The notes: generated by a model from the letters alone, not told the origin. 64,000 nucleotides of DNA from Candidatus Poribacteria bacterium (GCA_036339735.1 JAYZAL010000100.1:35419-99418), one strand, 5' to 3'; positions 18,301-27,157 are shown, counted from the stretch's first letter. Numbers and translations are program-made.

Positions 18301-19557
18301 CTTTGACCAGCTAAAAGGTAATTTCTGCAACCACTTTTTGCTATTATCAATTTGTGTATACTTGCCCTCAAAATATCGATTAAAAGAAGTTAAGTCCCTA
18401 AATTTCCATTCTTTTGGTACAATGGATTTGCCATTTCGATCTACCATTGGGTTATTATGAAAATAGGTTTTAGTAGCTCTGTAGAAGGATTGAAACTGGA
18501 TAGGATTAATCGTTCCACTTGCAACTTGGTACACAGCTATCTCTGATACATCGAAAGCTTTTGCCGAGGCCGCTAAGATTGCGTTTACGACTAGGTCGAC
18601 CGGAATCACATCTATCACAATGTCTGGCTTCGCTGGAAAATCAGGCAATCTGCCCTTACCAAAACCTATGATAAGTGGGTCAGCCATTCGTAAGCCATCG
18701 AGCCAGCCAGGAACAGGCTCTTGCCAACTACTTTCAATTATGGAGGGACGCACAATTGCGACGGAGAGATTTTCACATGTTTTCGCAACTATTTGTTCAC
18801 CTAAGTATTTAGTGTAGGTATAAATATCGTTCCACCCGCGAGCCTTGGCATGTTCCAGCCCCGCTTCAATTAGTTCATTCTTCAAATCATTAGCAGGCAA
18901 TTTCGAATCACGGCGAATGTTGGCTCCAATAGCCAACATGTGTTCAAGTTCTTCTTGAATGGTTAGTGGAATATCAACCCCGTTTGACTGTAGTCGGTTG
19001 GCAATTTCTTCGTAGGTTGGATGAAGTTCTTCTGCTACTTCGCCAGGCTTGCTACCACAAGAGTAGGCTGTCGAAATATGGACAAACACGGCGTTGGGGC
19101 AGACACTTGCCAACTCAACCGATCGTTGAGCAGAAATGACGTTCATTAGGACAGCGTCATCAATTGGTGAGTCGAACTCAACAATCGCAGCACTATTAAT
19201 GAAAATTTGCACTTCAGCTGCGAGCTGCTGATAGTCAGAATCAGACAAACCTAGTTTTTCTCTGCTTAGATCCCCCTCGACAGCAAAGACTTTTTCTCGT
19301 ATCCATGCATGAAAATTAGATCCATGAATACTTTTCAGTTGATCAAATACGTGTGACTCGAAGAACTTTGAGAGCCTTTCTTCGGCCGAGACCGTCACAC
19401 CATTTACATTAGTTCGACTACGAATTAATAAGTAGACTTTTTTAACTTGGGGTATGGTCGTTAAAATTTTCGCGACTAGTGGTTGACCGACAAATCCGGT
19501 TGCTCCTGTGATTAGAACGATTTTATCCTGAAATGTCTGACTGATGCTCGTTTTCAT
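15334..19557 (-). CDS. ElbD-like multidomain enzyme: fatty acyl reductase + adenylation (acyl-CoA synthetase-like) + carrier protein + PlsC-type acyltransferase
   Basis: FAR: 'ITGATGFVG', 'HISTAY', 'YTYTKYLGE', 'IVRPSIIES', 'DVIPVDLVVN', 'FDASSFNWDDY'. Adenylation: 'FTSGT..PKG', 'GYGLTE', 'SGDLG'. Carrier: 'DLGLDSL'. Acyltransferase: 'NHSSHLD', 'YPEGTRS'. Confidence 0.9.
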   Translation of the reverse strand: MKTSISQTFQDKIVLITGATGFVGQPLVAKILTTIPQVKKVYLLIRSRTNVNGVTVSAEERLSKFFESHVFDQLKSIHGSNFHAWIREKVFAVEGDLSREKLGLSDSDYQQLAAEVQIFINSAAIVEFDSPIDDAVLMNVISAQRSVELASVCPNAVFVHISTAYSCGSKPGEVAEELHPTYEEIANRLQSNGVDIPLTIQEELEHMLAIGANIRRDSKLPANDLKNELIEAGLEHAKARGWNDIYTYTKYLGEQIVAKTCENLSVAIVRPSIIESSWQEPVPGWLDGLRMADPLIIGFGKGRLPDFPAKPDIVIDVIPVDLVVNAILAASAKAFDVSEIAVYQVASGTINPIQFQSFYRATKTYFHNNPMVDRNGKSIVPKEWKFRDLTSFNRYFEGKYTQIDNSKKWLQKLPFSWSKRKSRQLSIIQKSLERLLYYVKIYGAYVRLDYQFEASRTLALHRSLSVEEQGLFNFDASSFNWDDYLQRVHIPGIKRFVLNMESTGANDNDSESKDIQDKDSVSEKSKIKNRVSEHQQFETIPELLSYQAEKVPDKVALQIKRNEQWVTYTYRQFEELSNRITGSLWQNGYRPSDRILLFADNQPEWGIIYLACAKLGMVIVPIDRQTPVNEVYALLRFTSARAIFTTSDLIERLEQAKDELTSGINQIIEIRDIQAECERMEDVIGSSIELPVVEIKPDDITSIIFTSGTAYDPKGVILSHRSFITNVLAVAQQLPPQSEDRFLSVLPLYHALEFTCGFLMSIYSGSTITYLNSLRPNIILETMKETKTTVMIGVPRLFKMIYDSLQRYVLKIRADEGNPRLTQEQIKQIHLSVGQSLRVLVSGGSTLPDSVYDNYLELGVVLYQGYGLTETAPVVSVNPYQKSLRSSVGVLLDGVQLKIDQPDSNGIGEIIIESPSLMLGYFNNPTATEKVLKSSKLYSGDLGYLNDDGYLFLTGRTKDVIVSGAGKNIYPSELEILYGKHDYIKEICIVGRLANDEIGEEVYAVIVPSEDADEPTILEHVRSCASELPSYQRVHKTHFWPINPVGTGVTDRARNLPKNQSGQVDRQIIKELIEDYYSQKTKDNQTGIKPTDTPLSRIVAELSRIARVPSHQINEGTDLEGDLGLDSLMQVELLLILEGELGRILPDNLVTNIKTVGDVVAVINTLQSSKEPLPSLTKVNSHQADLQNNTQAKIFRLGMGIIYKQVFSFRAEGLNYIPQNEPYIIAPNHSSHLDTGAIITALGNESERLKVLGARDYFFNTSFKSWFFGQLMNVLPLDRTDNFLQGVRIAQEALSNGYALLIYPEGTRSITGEVQEFRSGLGLLSYEAKVPIIPAYIKGSYQALPKGQNFPQPNNISVSFGSPIRPTADYILKAGNTHQKYRQIANHVRDAIINLQSQAKMDLSNNQ

Positions 19558-19684
19558 GAGAGAAGAAAATCACCTTCTGCTTTTTGTGTCGTATCAAGTC
19601 GACTTAAACTAATACTAAAATGGGCTATGGTATTCTTTGAATGGGCTTGCGCTTGCGGATACGTCCGAAGGGTTGCAGACTGCA

Positions 19685-19714
19685 AGTATAAGAAAATACT
19701 GATCGAGATGTCAA
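19685..19714 (-). promoter_or_regulatory. Candidate sigma70 promoter of the ether-lipid operon
   Basis: Minus-strand TTGACA (19714-19709), 18-nt spacer, TATACT (19690-19685); implies a leader of about 120 nt before ATG 19557. Confidence 0.55.
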
Positions 19715-19773
19715 TGACAAAACATTTTATCATATTTTATCTAGTTTCATGCGAAAAGAATAAACACTAAGAC

Positions 19774-21090
19774 TTATGGAAAAATATCTGTTAAAGCTAA
19801 AAAAAGCGAATTTATCAATTGATCTATCTCGTCAGTTGTTATAGATAGAGGAGGCATCAGTACAATAGTATTAACCAATGGTCGTAAAATCAGTCCATGT
19901 TTTAAGGCTGCTTGGCATACCCTTATACCTGCCTTTTCTTCAAATTCGAACTCTATCTTGTTTTTTTTGTCTTTTAGAAGTTCAAAAGCGCCAATTAGCC
20001 CAATCGAACGGAGATTACCTACATTTTTATGAGCTGCAAAAATGTTAAGGCGCTCTTTAAAATAGGTAATTTTTTCATCTAATATCAGAAAGAAATTTGG
20101 ATCTTTAAGTAGTCTCAAATTTGCTAATGCAACAGATGCTCCTAGCTGGTTGCCGGTGTAAGTATGACCATGGAAAAAAGTTTTGAGTTGCGTATAATCC
20201 CCCAAAAAAGCCTCGTAAATTCTTTCTGTTGTTAGGGTTGCAGCTAAAGGCAGATAACCACCTGTCAAACCTTTTGCAGTACACAAGATGTCAGGAGATA
20301 CCTCCTCATGCTGACAGGCCCACATACGGCCGGTTCGTCCTAATCCCGTCATCACCTCGTCAACAATAAACAGGATGTCATACTTTAATGCTAACTGCTC
20401 TATCCCTTTTAAAAAACCTCTAGGATGCATAATCATGCCACCTGCACCTTGGACCAAAGGCTCAACAATGATACCTGCTAACAACCCTCGATGTTCATCG
20501 AATATTTGCTCCATTGAATCTAAGCAGACCTCAAGATTACCTTCTTGGCTATGATAGGGAACGGGCGCAGAAATCGAAGGAAAAGTCAAAGGCAAAAAAG
20601 TTTGGTGAAAGAGTGAAATCCCCCCGACACTTACGGCACCTAGTGTGTCTCCATGATAAGCTTGATCTAAGTGTACAAATTGAGTACGTTTTGGTTGACC
20701 CACATGTTGCCAATACTGACAGGCGATTTTCAATGCAACTTCTACAGAAGTAGAGCCATTATCTGAAAAAAAAGTGCGGGTTAAGTTTGGTGGAGCTAAC
20801 GCAACTAACTCCTTAGCTAACTTAATCGCTGGTACATTAGAAAATCCTAGGAGCGTCGAGTGGGCTATTTTTTCAATTTGTTCTATTAGAACCTGATTCA
20901 ATTTTGGGTGATTATGTCCGTGGATATTCGTCCACATAGACGAAATCCCATCAATATAACGATTACCCTCGACGTCAAATAAAAATATTCCTTCTCCTCT
21001 TTCGATTATGCAAACTGACTCTTTTTCCAAGTCAGCCATCTGGGTGAAAGGGTGCCATAAAAATAACTTGTCCCACTGTTCGAGTGTCAT
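19774..21090 (-). CDS. bioA: Adenosylmethionine-8-amino-7-oxononanoate aminotransferase
   Basis: 'WHPFTQM', 'YIDGISSMW..IHGH', 'SDNGSTSVEVALKIA', 'YHGDT.GA', 'DEVMTG.GRTG', 'AKGLTGGYLPL', 'FFHGHTYTGN'. Confidence 0.93.
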   Translation of the reverse strand: MTLEQWDKLFLWHPFTQMADLEKESVCIIERGEGIFLFDVEGNRYIDGISSMWTNIHGHNHPKLNQVLIEQIEKIAHSTLLGFSNVPAIKLAKELVALAPPNLTRTFFSDNGSTSVEVALKIACQYWQHVGQPKRTQFVHLDQAYHGDTLGAVSVGGISLFHQTFLPLTFPSISAPVPYHSQEGNLEVCLDSMEQIFDEHRGLLAGIIVEPLVQGAGGMIMHPRGFLKGIEQLALKYDILFIVDEVMTGLGRTGRMWACQHEEVSPDILCTAKGLTGGYLPLAATLTTERIYEAFLGDYTQLKTFFHGHTYTGNQLGASVALANLRLLKDPNFFLILDEKITYFKERLNIFAAHKNVGNLRSIGLIGAFELLKDKKNKIEFEFEEKAGIRVCQAALKHGLILRPLVNTIVLMPPLSITTDEIDQLINSLFLALTDIFP

Positions 21091-21193
21091 TGGTTCCTTA
21101 TCCTTAAATTGACTGGTAAACTTTCGCTGTGTTTTTCATGTTTACAGTAGGTAGAATATAATCTATCTAAACACGTAATTATATCATTTCTAT

Positions 21194-23443
21194 GTGGACT
21201 CAAGGTACATGCGAAAAATGAAATGCACTCGTTTAGTCCTGTTACTTGTTTCTTTTATCCTTCTGTGTTCGACAGATTTGGTTCTTGGTCAAAGAATTTC
21301 AAAAAAAATCCTCACTGAAGGTGAAGGTAATTTCACTGCACCTATTACTGTCGGAAAAGGCATGCCTTTTTCTATCACTTTTAACGAAATTGAAATCATT
21401 ACAGAAGTGAATATTTCTAGTACGGACTTTAGTAGTACGGTCAAATCGAGTAGCGGGACAATCGACGGGGAACCCCTCACCATTACTTTAGCTCCGGGAA
21501 CCTACACAATTAAAGAAACATACTACGGCTCTGTGGGAGCAGCAAAAACGTTGATTCCTATTCCAACTCTTGAGATACCTGAGATTGTTATCGAGCGGAA
21601 ACTTTCAGTGGGAGCCTTAAGCGAATATACCATTGAGCTCGCGACTACTATTTACAATTTGAGAGTGAAATTGGATGGTGATTTTGAAGGTAGCATGCGT
21701 ATTCGAGAAACAGTTGGAAACCAAGTAGTAGTTCCATTCAAAAGTGTTAAGAAATTGAATAAAGGAACGGAAATTACCTATCAGGCCGAGTTCTCCGCCT
21801 TTGCCGCATCAGAAACCAAGATTAGTAGCCGAGAAATTGTGACACCGGAAGTCTCTCTTAGCTTAAATTCAGATAATCAGATAAAAATCAATTGGTATCA
21901 AATACCAGGTGCGGAAAGCTACCAAGTCTACCGTTCTCTTACACCAACACCTGATTTGGGTAGTATCGATCCAATAGCGAGAGGAGTTACAGAAACCACG
22001 TTTGTTGATGCAAGCGCCGACCTGAATACAGTTTATTACTACAGTGTTTCGGCTATTGGCTTGAATGGTGGTATTCCACAAATAGCAGCAGATGTACCCA
22101 ATGCTACGTTGTGGATTAATGAGAATGGTAGTACATGTGAATACATCGACGGTACAAAAATTGTTTTTCCAGCGAACTTAGCTGGTACTTCCGAGAATCT
22201 TTATTTGGCTTCAGTATCCACGATATCCAACGACTCGGTCATAAAGCTTGAATCTGCTATCGATGAAAAATCTTATGTCGTGTCGATTTTTGGGCAAAAC
22301 CCAGTTTTTAACTTTGATTCGTCAGCTCGTTTAACACTGAAATACTCTGATGGAATAGATAATGAGGTTACAACCCCCCAAATTTTTGCCTTGCGAGGTA
22401 ATAAATGGATACGATTAGTCAACCAAACAACTGACTTAGATAATAACACTGTAACTGCTGACATCAAATCACCAGGTATATATAGTTTAGCCTCATTTGA
22501 GATTAACAAAACTACAGAAAACCCTTGGGACATCAATAGAGACAGCAACGTTAACATATTTGACTTAGTACTAGTTGCAGGTCAGTTTGGTGAGAATGGA
22601 AAAAACTTGAAAGGTGATATTAACGGAGACAATAGTGTTAACATATTCGATTTAGTCTTGGTTGCGAGTCATTTTGGCGAAACTTACGATTCTGCTGCTC
22701 CTACTGTTTTTACTTCCAATTTAGCACCTAGTTTTGAGGTTAGTTTGAGGAGTATTTCAGCTGACAAACGTGATACAACGACTTTTCAGATTCTAATTGA
22801 TGGACTTGACTCTTTAGAACAATTAGCCGGATATCAAGTAACTATCTGCGGATTGGAAAACGATTTAAGGGTTATTGATGCAGGGTCAGTCTTTTTACCC
22901 AGATCGACGTATTCAGTTCCGAACCAACGCAGAGGAGACCAAGTAACAATTAGTGCAGTTGCTTATGGTAAAAAAAATAATAAATCTAAAATTTATACGA
23001 AAGAGCAAGCTGTTTTGACTACATTTCAGTTGAGTAGCGAAGAGAAGGGTATTAGGCTACAGAATGTTCTTCTTTCCAATGTAGATGGTAATTCCATTCC
23101 ATTGGTTATCAATACAGATATTCAGACAACATTGAATGAACATTTGCCAATCAAAACGGAGGTCAAACAGAATTACCCTAATCCGTTCAATCCTGAAACC
23201 TGGATTCCTTTTTCTGTCGATTCAGATACTGTTGTTCGATTAATCGTTTACAACTACGGTGGAGCAGTAATAAGAGAAATCGATTTAGGTGTGGTCAGTC
23301 AAGGCCGTTATATAAATAAAGACGAAGCAATACATTGGGATGGCCGAAATCAGTATGGTGAAGAGGTTGCTAGTGGGGTTTATTTCTACCGTTTGCATAC
23401 CACAAATACTACTTCAGCTAAAAAAATGACCATAATGAAATAA
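21194..23443 (+). CDS. Secreted modular protein: FN3, ZU5-like, dockerin pair, cohesin-like, FlgD-Ig / T9SS-like C-terminal domain
   Basis: Signal peptide; FN3 'INWYQIPGAESYQVYRS...YYYSVSA'; duplicated 'DINRDSNVNIFDLVLVA' / 'GDINGDNSVNIFDLVLVA'; tail 'QNYPNPFNPETWIPF...WDGRNQYGEEVASGVYFYRL'. Start is uncertain (GTG 21194 or a downstream ATG). Confidence 0.8.
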   Translation: MDSRYMRKMKCTRLVLLLVSFILLCSTDLVLGQRISKKILTEGEGNFTAPITVGKGMPFSITFNEIEIITEVNISSTDFSSTVKSSSGTIDGEPLTITLAPGTYTIKETYYGSVGAAKTLIPIPTLEIPEIVIERKLSVGALSEYTIELATTIYNLRVKLDGDFEGSMRIRETVGNQVVVPFKSVKKLNKGTEITYQAEFSAFAASETKISSREIVTPEVSLSLNSDNQIKINWYQIPGAESYQVYRSLTPTPDLGSIDPIARGVTETTFVDASADLNTVYYYSVSAIGLNGGIPQIAADVPNATLWINENGSTCEYIDGTKIVFPANLAGTSENLYLASVSTISNDSVIKLESAIDEKSYVVSIFGQNPVFNFDSSARLTLKYSDGIDNEVTTPQIFALRGNKWIRLVNQTTDLDNNTVTADIKSPGIYSLASFEINKTTENPWDINRDSNVNIFDLVLVAGQFGENGKNLKGDINGDNSVNIFDLVLVASHFGETYDSAAPTVFTSNLAPSFEVSLRSISADKRDTTTFQILIDGLDSLEQLAGYQVTICGLENDLRVIDAGSVFLPRSTYSVPNQRRGDQVTISAVAYGKKNNKSKIYTKEQAVLTTFQLSSEEKGIRLQNVLLSNVDGNSIPLVINTDIQTTLNEHLPIKTEVKQNYPNPFNPETWIPFSVDSDTVVRLIVYNYGGAVIREIDLGVVSQGRYINKDEAIHWDGRNQYGEEVASGVYFYRLHTTNTTSAKKMTIMK

Positions 23444-23474
23444 TGAGACCAAATAGGGGTAAAAGAAAATCCTT

Positions 23475-24104
23475 ATGGACAAAAGACAATTACTCGCTTG
23501 GCGTAGAGACCAAAATGATGATTTAACCCAGACTTCGAAATCTGCCGAATTACCTCTCAGAAGAAGGCGTGCCGCAATTCAGCATCGGGCAGCAGGTGGA
23601 CTTAAACAGATGCGTGCCGAAGGATTCGGTCCGGCCTATGTCAAAAAACAAATTCAGCTCAAGACTCCAATGATATTCGGTTTGTATGGGTTAGAAGATT
23701 ATCCTGTACGAATTGTGGAAGGTCGTATTCTTCGCGGTTACACATATATTCTAGATCTTCTGTTGGCTGGCGAGCGGTTTCGGGTGGAAAAGATCAATTT
23801 AATGTATATTTATAAAGTTGCTGACCAAGTTGAAATTGCACCCAATATTTCCTGTGACAAATCGATTCAGAGATTATCACTAGGTCCAGCTCGGCAAAAA
23901 GAAGAACGATACGAAATTGATGAAGAAATGTTGATCCGGTGTTTTAAGGAGAAAAGGATGATGACATTAGTTATTCGCACCGGAGAGAGTTTCACTGGCT
24001 ACATTGACTGGTTCAGTAACTACGAAATTAAAATTCGTTTAGACGTTGTAAGAAAAGCTGTAGTTATTTTTCGACATGCTCTTTATCGTGCATCTGTGAC
24101 CTAA
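23475..24104 (+). CDS. Hypothetical protein with two Hfq/Sm-like domains
   Basis: C-terminal 'LIRCFKEKRMMTLVIRTGESFTGYIDWFSNYEIKI...VVIFRHAL' parallels Hfq Sm1/Sm2 ('[36 protein letters not shown]...MVYKHAI'). A more diverged copy lies upstream. Confidence 0.55.
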   Translation: MDKRQLLAWRRDQNDDLTQTSKSAELPLRRRRAAIQHRAAGGLKQMRAEGFGPAYVKKQIQLKTPMIFGLYGLEDYPVRIVEGRILRGYTYILDLLLAGERFRVEKINLMYIYKVADQVEIAPNISCDKSIQRLSLGPARQKEERYEIDEEMLIRCFKEKRMMTLVIRTGESFTGYIDWFSNYEIKIRLDVVRKAVVIFRHALYRASVT

Positions 24105-24200
24105 CTACAATTGCTCCAATGAATCGTGTCATGAAGCCAACTCGATCAATGAGCCTGATTAGGGCTTTTATCTCTGTATAATTTTGTTTTCCCAAGAGAT

Positions 24201-25454
24201 ATGAAGCGAGTCGTTTCTCTCATATTCTTTTCTTTTTTCTTTTCTATGCTCTGGGCGGATGAGTTGAATCTTAAAAATTCGCCAAAAACGTCTGAATTAT
24301 TTTTGCAAGCAGAAACAGCTTTTCAGTCGAATCAATGGGAAACTTCGTTATCTCTTTTTAATCAAGTTATAGAAATAAACCCCGAATCGGTTGCAGCTTG
24401 GGTTGGAATAGGTTTGTCTCTGAACCATTTAGGCCTATATTGGAGAGCAATTGAGCCAATTCAGCAAGCTGTTCGATTAGAACCAAACGACGCAACCATT
24501 CATGCTATCCTTGCCCAGACCTATCTTAAAAACCGGCAGTATGTACAGGCAGATACGTGGTACCAAAAAGCTATCAAGATGCATTTAGAAAACGCACCAG
24601 TGAAGTGGTACTTAGATCTTGGTTTTATCGAAACTCAACTTGGCAACTTAGAAAAAGCTCGTCGGTATTATCTTGTTGCTGCGCAATTATATCCAAGGTC
24701 AGTAGCTGCTTACCAGAATCTTGGTATCTTGCTATTGAATCAAAACCGGTTAGATGAAGCTGATGCTTGCTTCTATACAGTTTTGTCAATACAAAAAGAT
24801 ATTGGGGCTGCACTTTTTGGAAAAGGCGAAGTTGCCTTCAAGCGAACTGATTATACTCAAGCGATCGTTTTTTATCAACAAGCTATTGAAAGAGAACCAA
24901 CGGTACCACAGTACCATCGAGCAATGGGCCAAACATTGTTAAGATTAGGTAAAGCCTCAGAAGCCTATCAGTACTTGGCCAAGTCAAAACGTTTGCGCGC
25001 CGAGCAATTTCGGCACGAGGCACACCGAGCTGCTCGTCAAAAGGATTGGCCTCAAGTTATTTCGAAGCTAAAACGCGCAATGGAGCGCGATCCTACATAT
25101 TTATCCGTTGTAGAAGATTTAGCTTATGTCTATGTACAGCAGGAAAAATTATCATTGGCTGAATCAGTTTTGAGCACTGGATTAATGCAAGTTAAAGACT
25201 GGGCTCCCGGATACTGGCAACGCGGCGAAGTTAGGTTTCAGCTGCGAAATTATGACTTAGCAGAAATTGATCTTAGAAAAGCTATTGAACTTGCACCTTC
25301 AGCAGCCCCTCCCAAGTTTGCCTTAGCTCAATTGTTATTCGAACAAAAAAAGTCATTGGCAGAGGCTTTAGAATTAGCTGAAACGGTTAATCGATTGACA
25401 CCCAAAGCCAAATATCATCAGCTGTGGCTGGATGTAAAAAATTATATCGACTAA
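24201..25454 (+). CDS. Secreted TPR-repeat protein
   Basis: Signal peptide followed by about ten 34-aa TPR units (A/G/A/P spacing). Confidence 0.85.
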   Translation: MKRVVSLIFFSFFFSMLWADELNLKNSPKTSELFLQAETAFQSNQWETSLSLFNQVIEINPESVAAWVGIGLSLNHLGLYWRAIEPIQQAVRLEPNDATIHAILAQTYLKNRQYVQADTWYQKAIKMHLENAPVKWYLDLGFIETQLGNLEKARRYYLVAAQLYPRSVAAYQNLGILLLNQNRLDEADACFYTVLSIQKDIGAALFGKGEVAFKRTDYTQAIVFYQQAIEREPTVPQYHRAMGQTLLRLGKASEAYQYLAKSKRLRAEQFRHEAHRAARQKDWPQVISKLKRAMERDPTYLSVVEDLAYVYVQQEKLSLAESVLSTGLMQVKDWAPGYWQRGEVRFQLRNYDLAEIDLRKAIELAPSAAPPKFALAQLLFEQKKSLAEALELAETVNRLTPKAKYHQLWLDVKNYID

Positions 25455-25673
25455 GCTAATATTCTCTTCCTTACAAAAAAGATTTACTCCCCCTGAGTTT
25501 GTTGCAAGCTGTTGAGAAAGCAACTAAATTCGTCTTCTCTATTGAACAGTATGTGTATCCGTGTCAGACAATTTAATAACATTTGTACAACAAACTAACA
25601 TGGCTATTTTATTTGTCGTAAACGACCTGATATAATTCCCATTGAACAAAACATGACTTTGTATTGATGTTAT

Positions 25674-26870
25674 TTGAATAGGAGTAAAAACATCCTAAAA
25701 AAACTTTCAAATGGTCCTAAAAACCATTTCTTTGGCTATTACGGAATTAATCCTTGGGATTTTTCTCAAACATATCATTTGGCGTTAGAAACTGACTTTC
25801 ACGATTACGTACCCAAGCCGAATGATGTAGCCAAGATTGGTCTAATTGATCGCCGAACTGGTGATTTTACTACCATTTCGACTACTTCAGCTTTCAATTT
25901 ACAGCAAGGCAGTATGACTCATTGGATCAATAGCGATTGGGGGGAAGAGTTAACTCATAACGATTGGGAGGGTGATCAACTTGTTTCCCGAGCTATTAGC
26001 TTGGAAACGAAAAAGTGCCGTACTATCCAAGCTGCAATCGCAGCGGTTTCACCTTGTATGTCTTACGCTATTGGCCTTAACTTTGCTCGTATGTCAGTTT
26101 GTCGACCAGTAATCGGCTATGCTAATTTGATCGCACCCGAAAGCTGGGAAAAAATACCAGATAATGATGGCCTTTTGTTTATTAACTTGAAAGATGGCTC
26201 GGCAAACCTAATAATTTCAATCAAGGAAGTCGTTAATCAATCAAATTTAGCTATTTCTCAATGTGGATTGACATGGATTAACCATGTCATGGTTAATCCA
26301 TCAGGTACTCGTATTTTTTTCTTTTGTCGTTCTCGTCTGGTCAAACAAACCAAAGGATCAGGCTTCGTGACTTCGCTCTGGACTATTAACCCCGACGGTT
26401 CTGATTTACAGTGTCAAATCCCTTTTGGGAATAAGGTTTCTCATTTTGCTTGGCGTGATGAAAAAAGAATGTTGATGTCAACGGATGTGCTTGGTCAAAT
26501 GCAATTCGTGGAGTTTACCGATAATCAGGGAGATTTCACTCCTGTTGGGTTTGACAAGCTACCTTCGGACGGGCATGCTTGTTATTCGCCAGATGGCAAA
26601 TGGTTGATAACAGATACATACCCTGACCAACGCACCAGACTTTCAAAGCTTTTACTTTATCATTTAGAAAGTGGGCAGCTGATTCAATTGGGTGATTTGT
26701 ATGCCGCACCACAGTTTACAGGGACCATTCGTTGTGACCTACACCCTCGTTGGTCCTTGGATAGTCAGTTCGTAACTATCGACTCGGTCCATCAAGGAGA
26801 TCGCCAAGTTTATATTGCTGAATTATGTGAATACGATCAATTTGTCGCGCTAAGCTCGTCGAACCAATGA
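25674..26870 (+). CDS. TolB-like / oligogalacturonate-lyase-like beta-propeller protein
   Basis: 'HFFGYY...PW', 'FNLQQG', 'WINH...NPSG', 'DGHACYSPDGKWLITDTYPD', 'RCDLHPRWS'. Confidence 0.65.
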   Translation: MNRSKNILKKLSNGPKNHFFGYYGINPWDFSQTYHLALETDFHDYVPKPNDVAKIGLIDRRTGDFTTISTTSAFNLQQGSMTHWINSDWGEELTHNDWEGDQLVSRAISLETKKCRTIQAAIAAVSPCMSYAIGLNFARMSVCRPVIGYANLIAPESWEKIPDNDGLLFINLKDGSANLIISIKEVVNQSNLAISQCGLTWINHVMVNPSGTRIFFFCRSRLVKQTKGSGFVTSLWTINPDGSDLQCQIPFGNKVSHFAWRDEKRMLMSTDVLGQMQFVEFTDNQGDFTPVGFDKLPSDGHACYSPDGKWLITDTYPDQRTRLSKLLLYHLESGQLIQLGDLYAAPQFTGTIRCDLHPRWSLDSQFVTIDSVHQGDRQVYIAELCEYDQFVALSSSNQ

Positions 26871-27157
26871 TATTACTGATACCGGAAAAGCGAATAAGGA
26901 ACAAATTTTCAGAGAGTCCTATTTTTGTCCACAAAACTGAGACATAAACAAAGCACTAAAAAACTGACCCCCTAGAACTTATTTTTGCCGAAATACTGAA
27001 AAGACGAGAATTTGTGTTAACCTTTCAACGTTGTCCGTTATCATTGGAAGTGATTGCAAATTCGAGCAAGCCCTCCAGTGTCTTTTTTCGGACTAGCTTT
27101 ATCCCATAAATCAACACAGGTATTGTATATTTTCGGTTAATTTTTCATGAGATTTGT

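Noticed and set aside
15334-19557. NRPS or carboxylic-acid-reductase secondary-metabolite gene
   Set aside because: No condensation domain; the reductase is an N-terminal FAR type and the C-terminus is a glycerolipid acyltransferase, which fits lipid synthesis.
19774-21090. bioA as part of the ether-lipid operon
   Set aside because: A 216-bp gap containing a separate promoter candidate; canonical BioA motifs with no pathway link.
22527-22680. Duplicated DNA 'GTTAACATATT.GA.TTAGT' segments
   Set aside because: Explained by the two dockerin repeats of the encoded protein.
26871-27157. 287-bp gap between convergent genes as a hidden gene or ncRNA
   Set aside because: No convincing ORF, RBS or stable structure found by eye.
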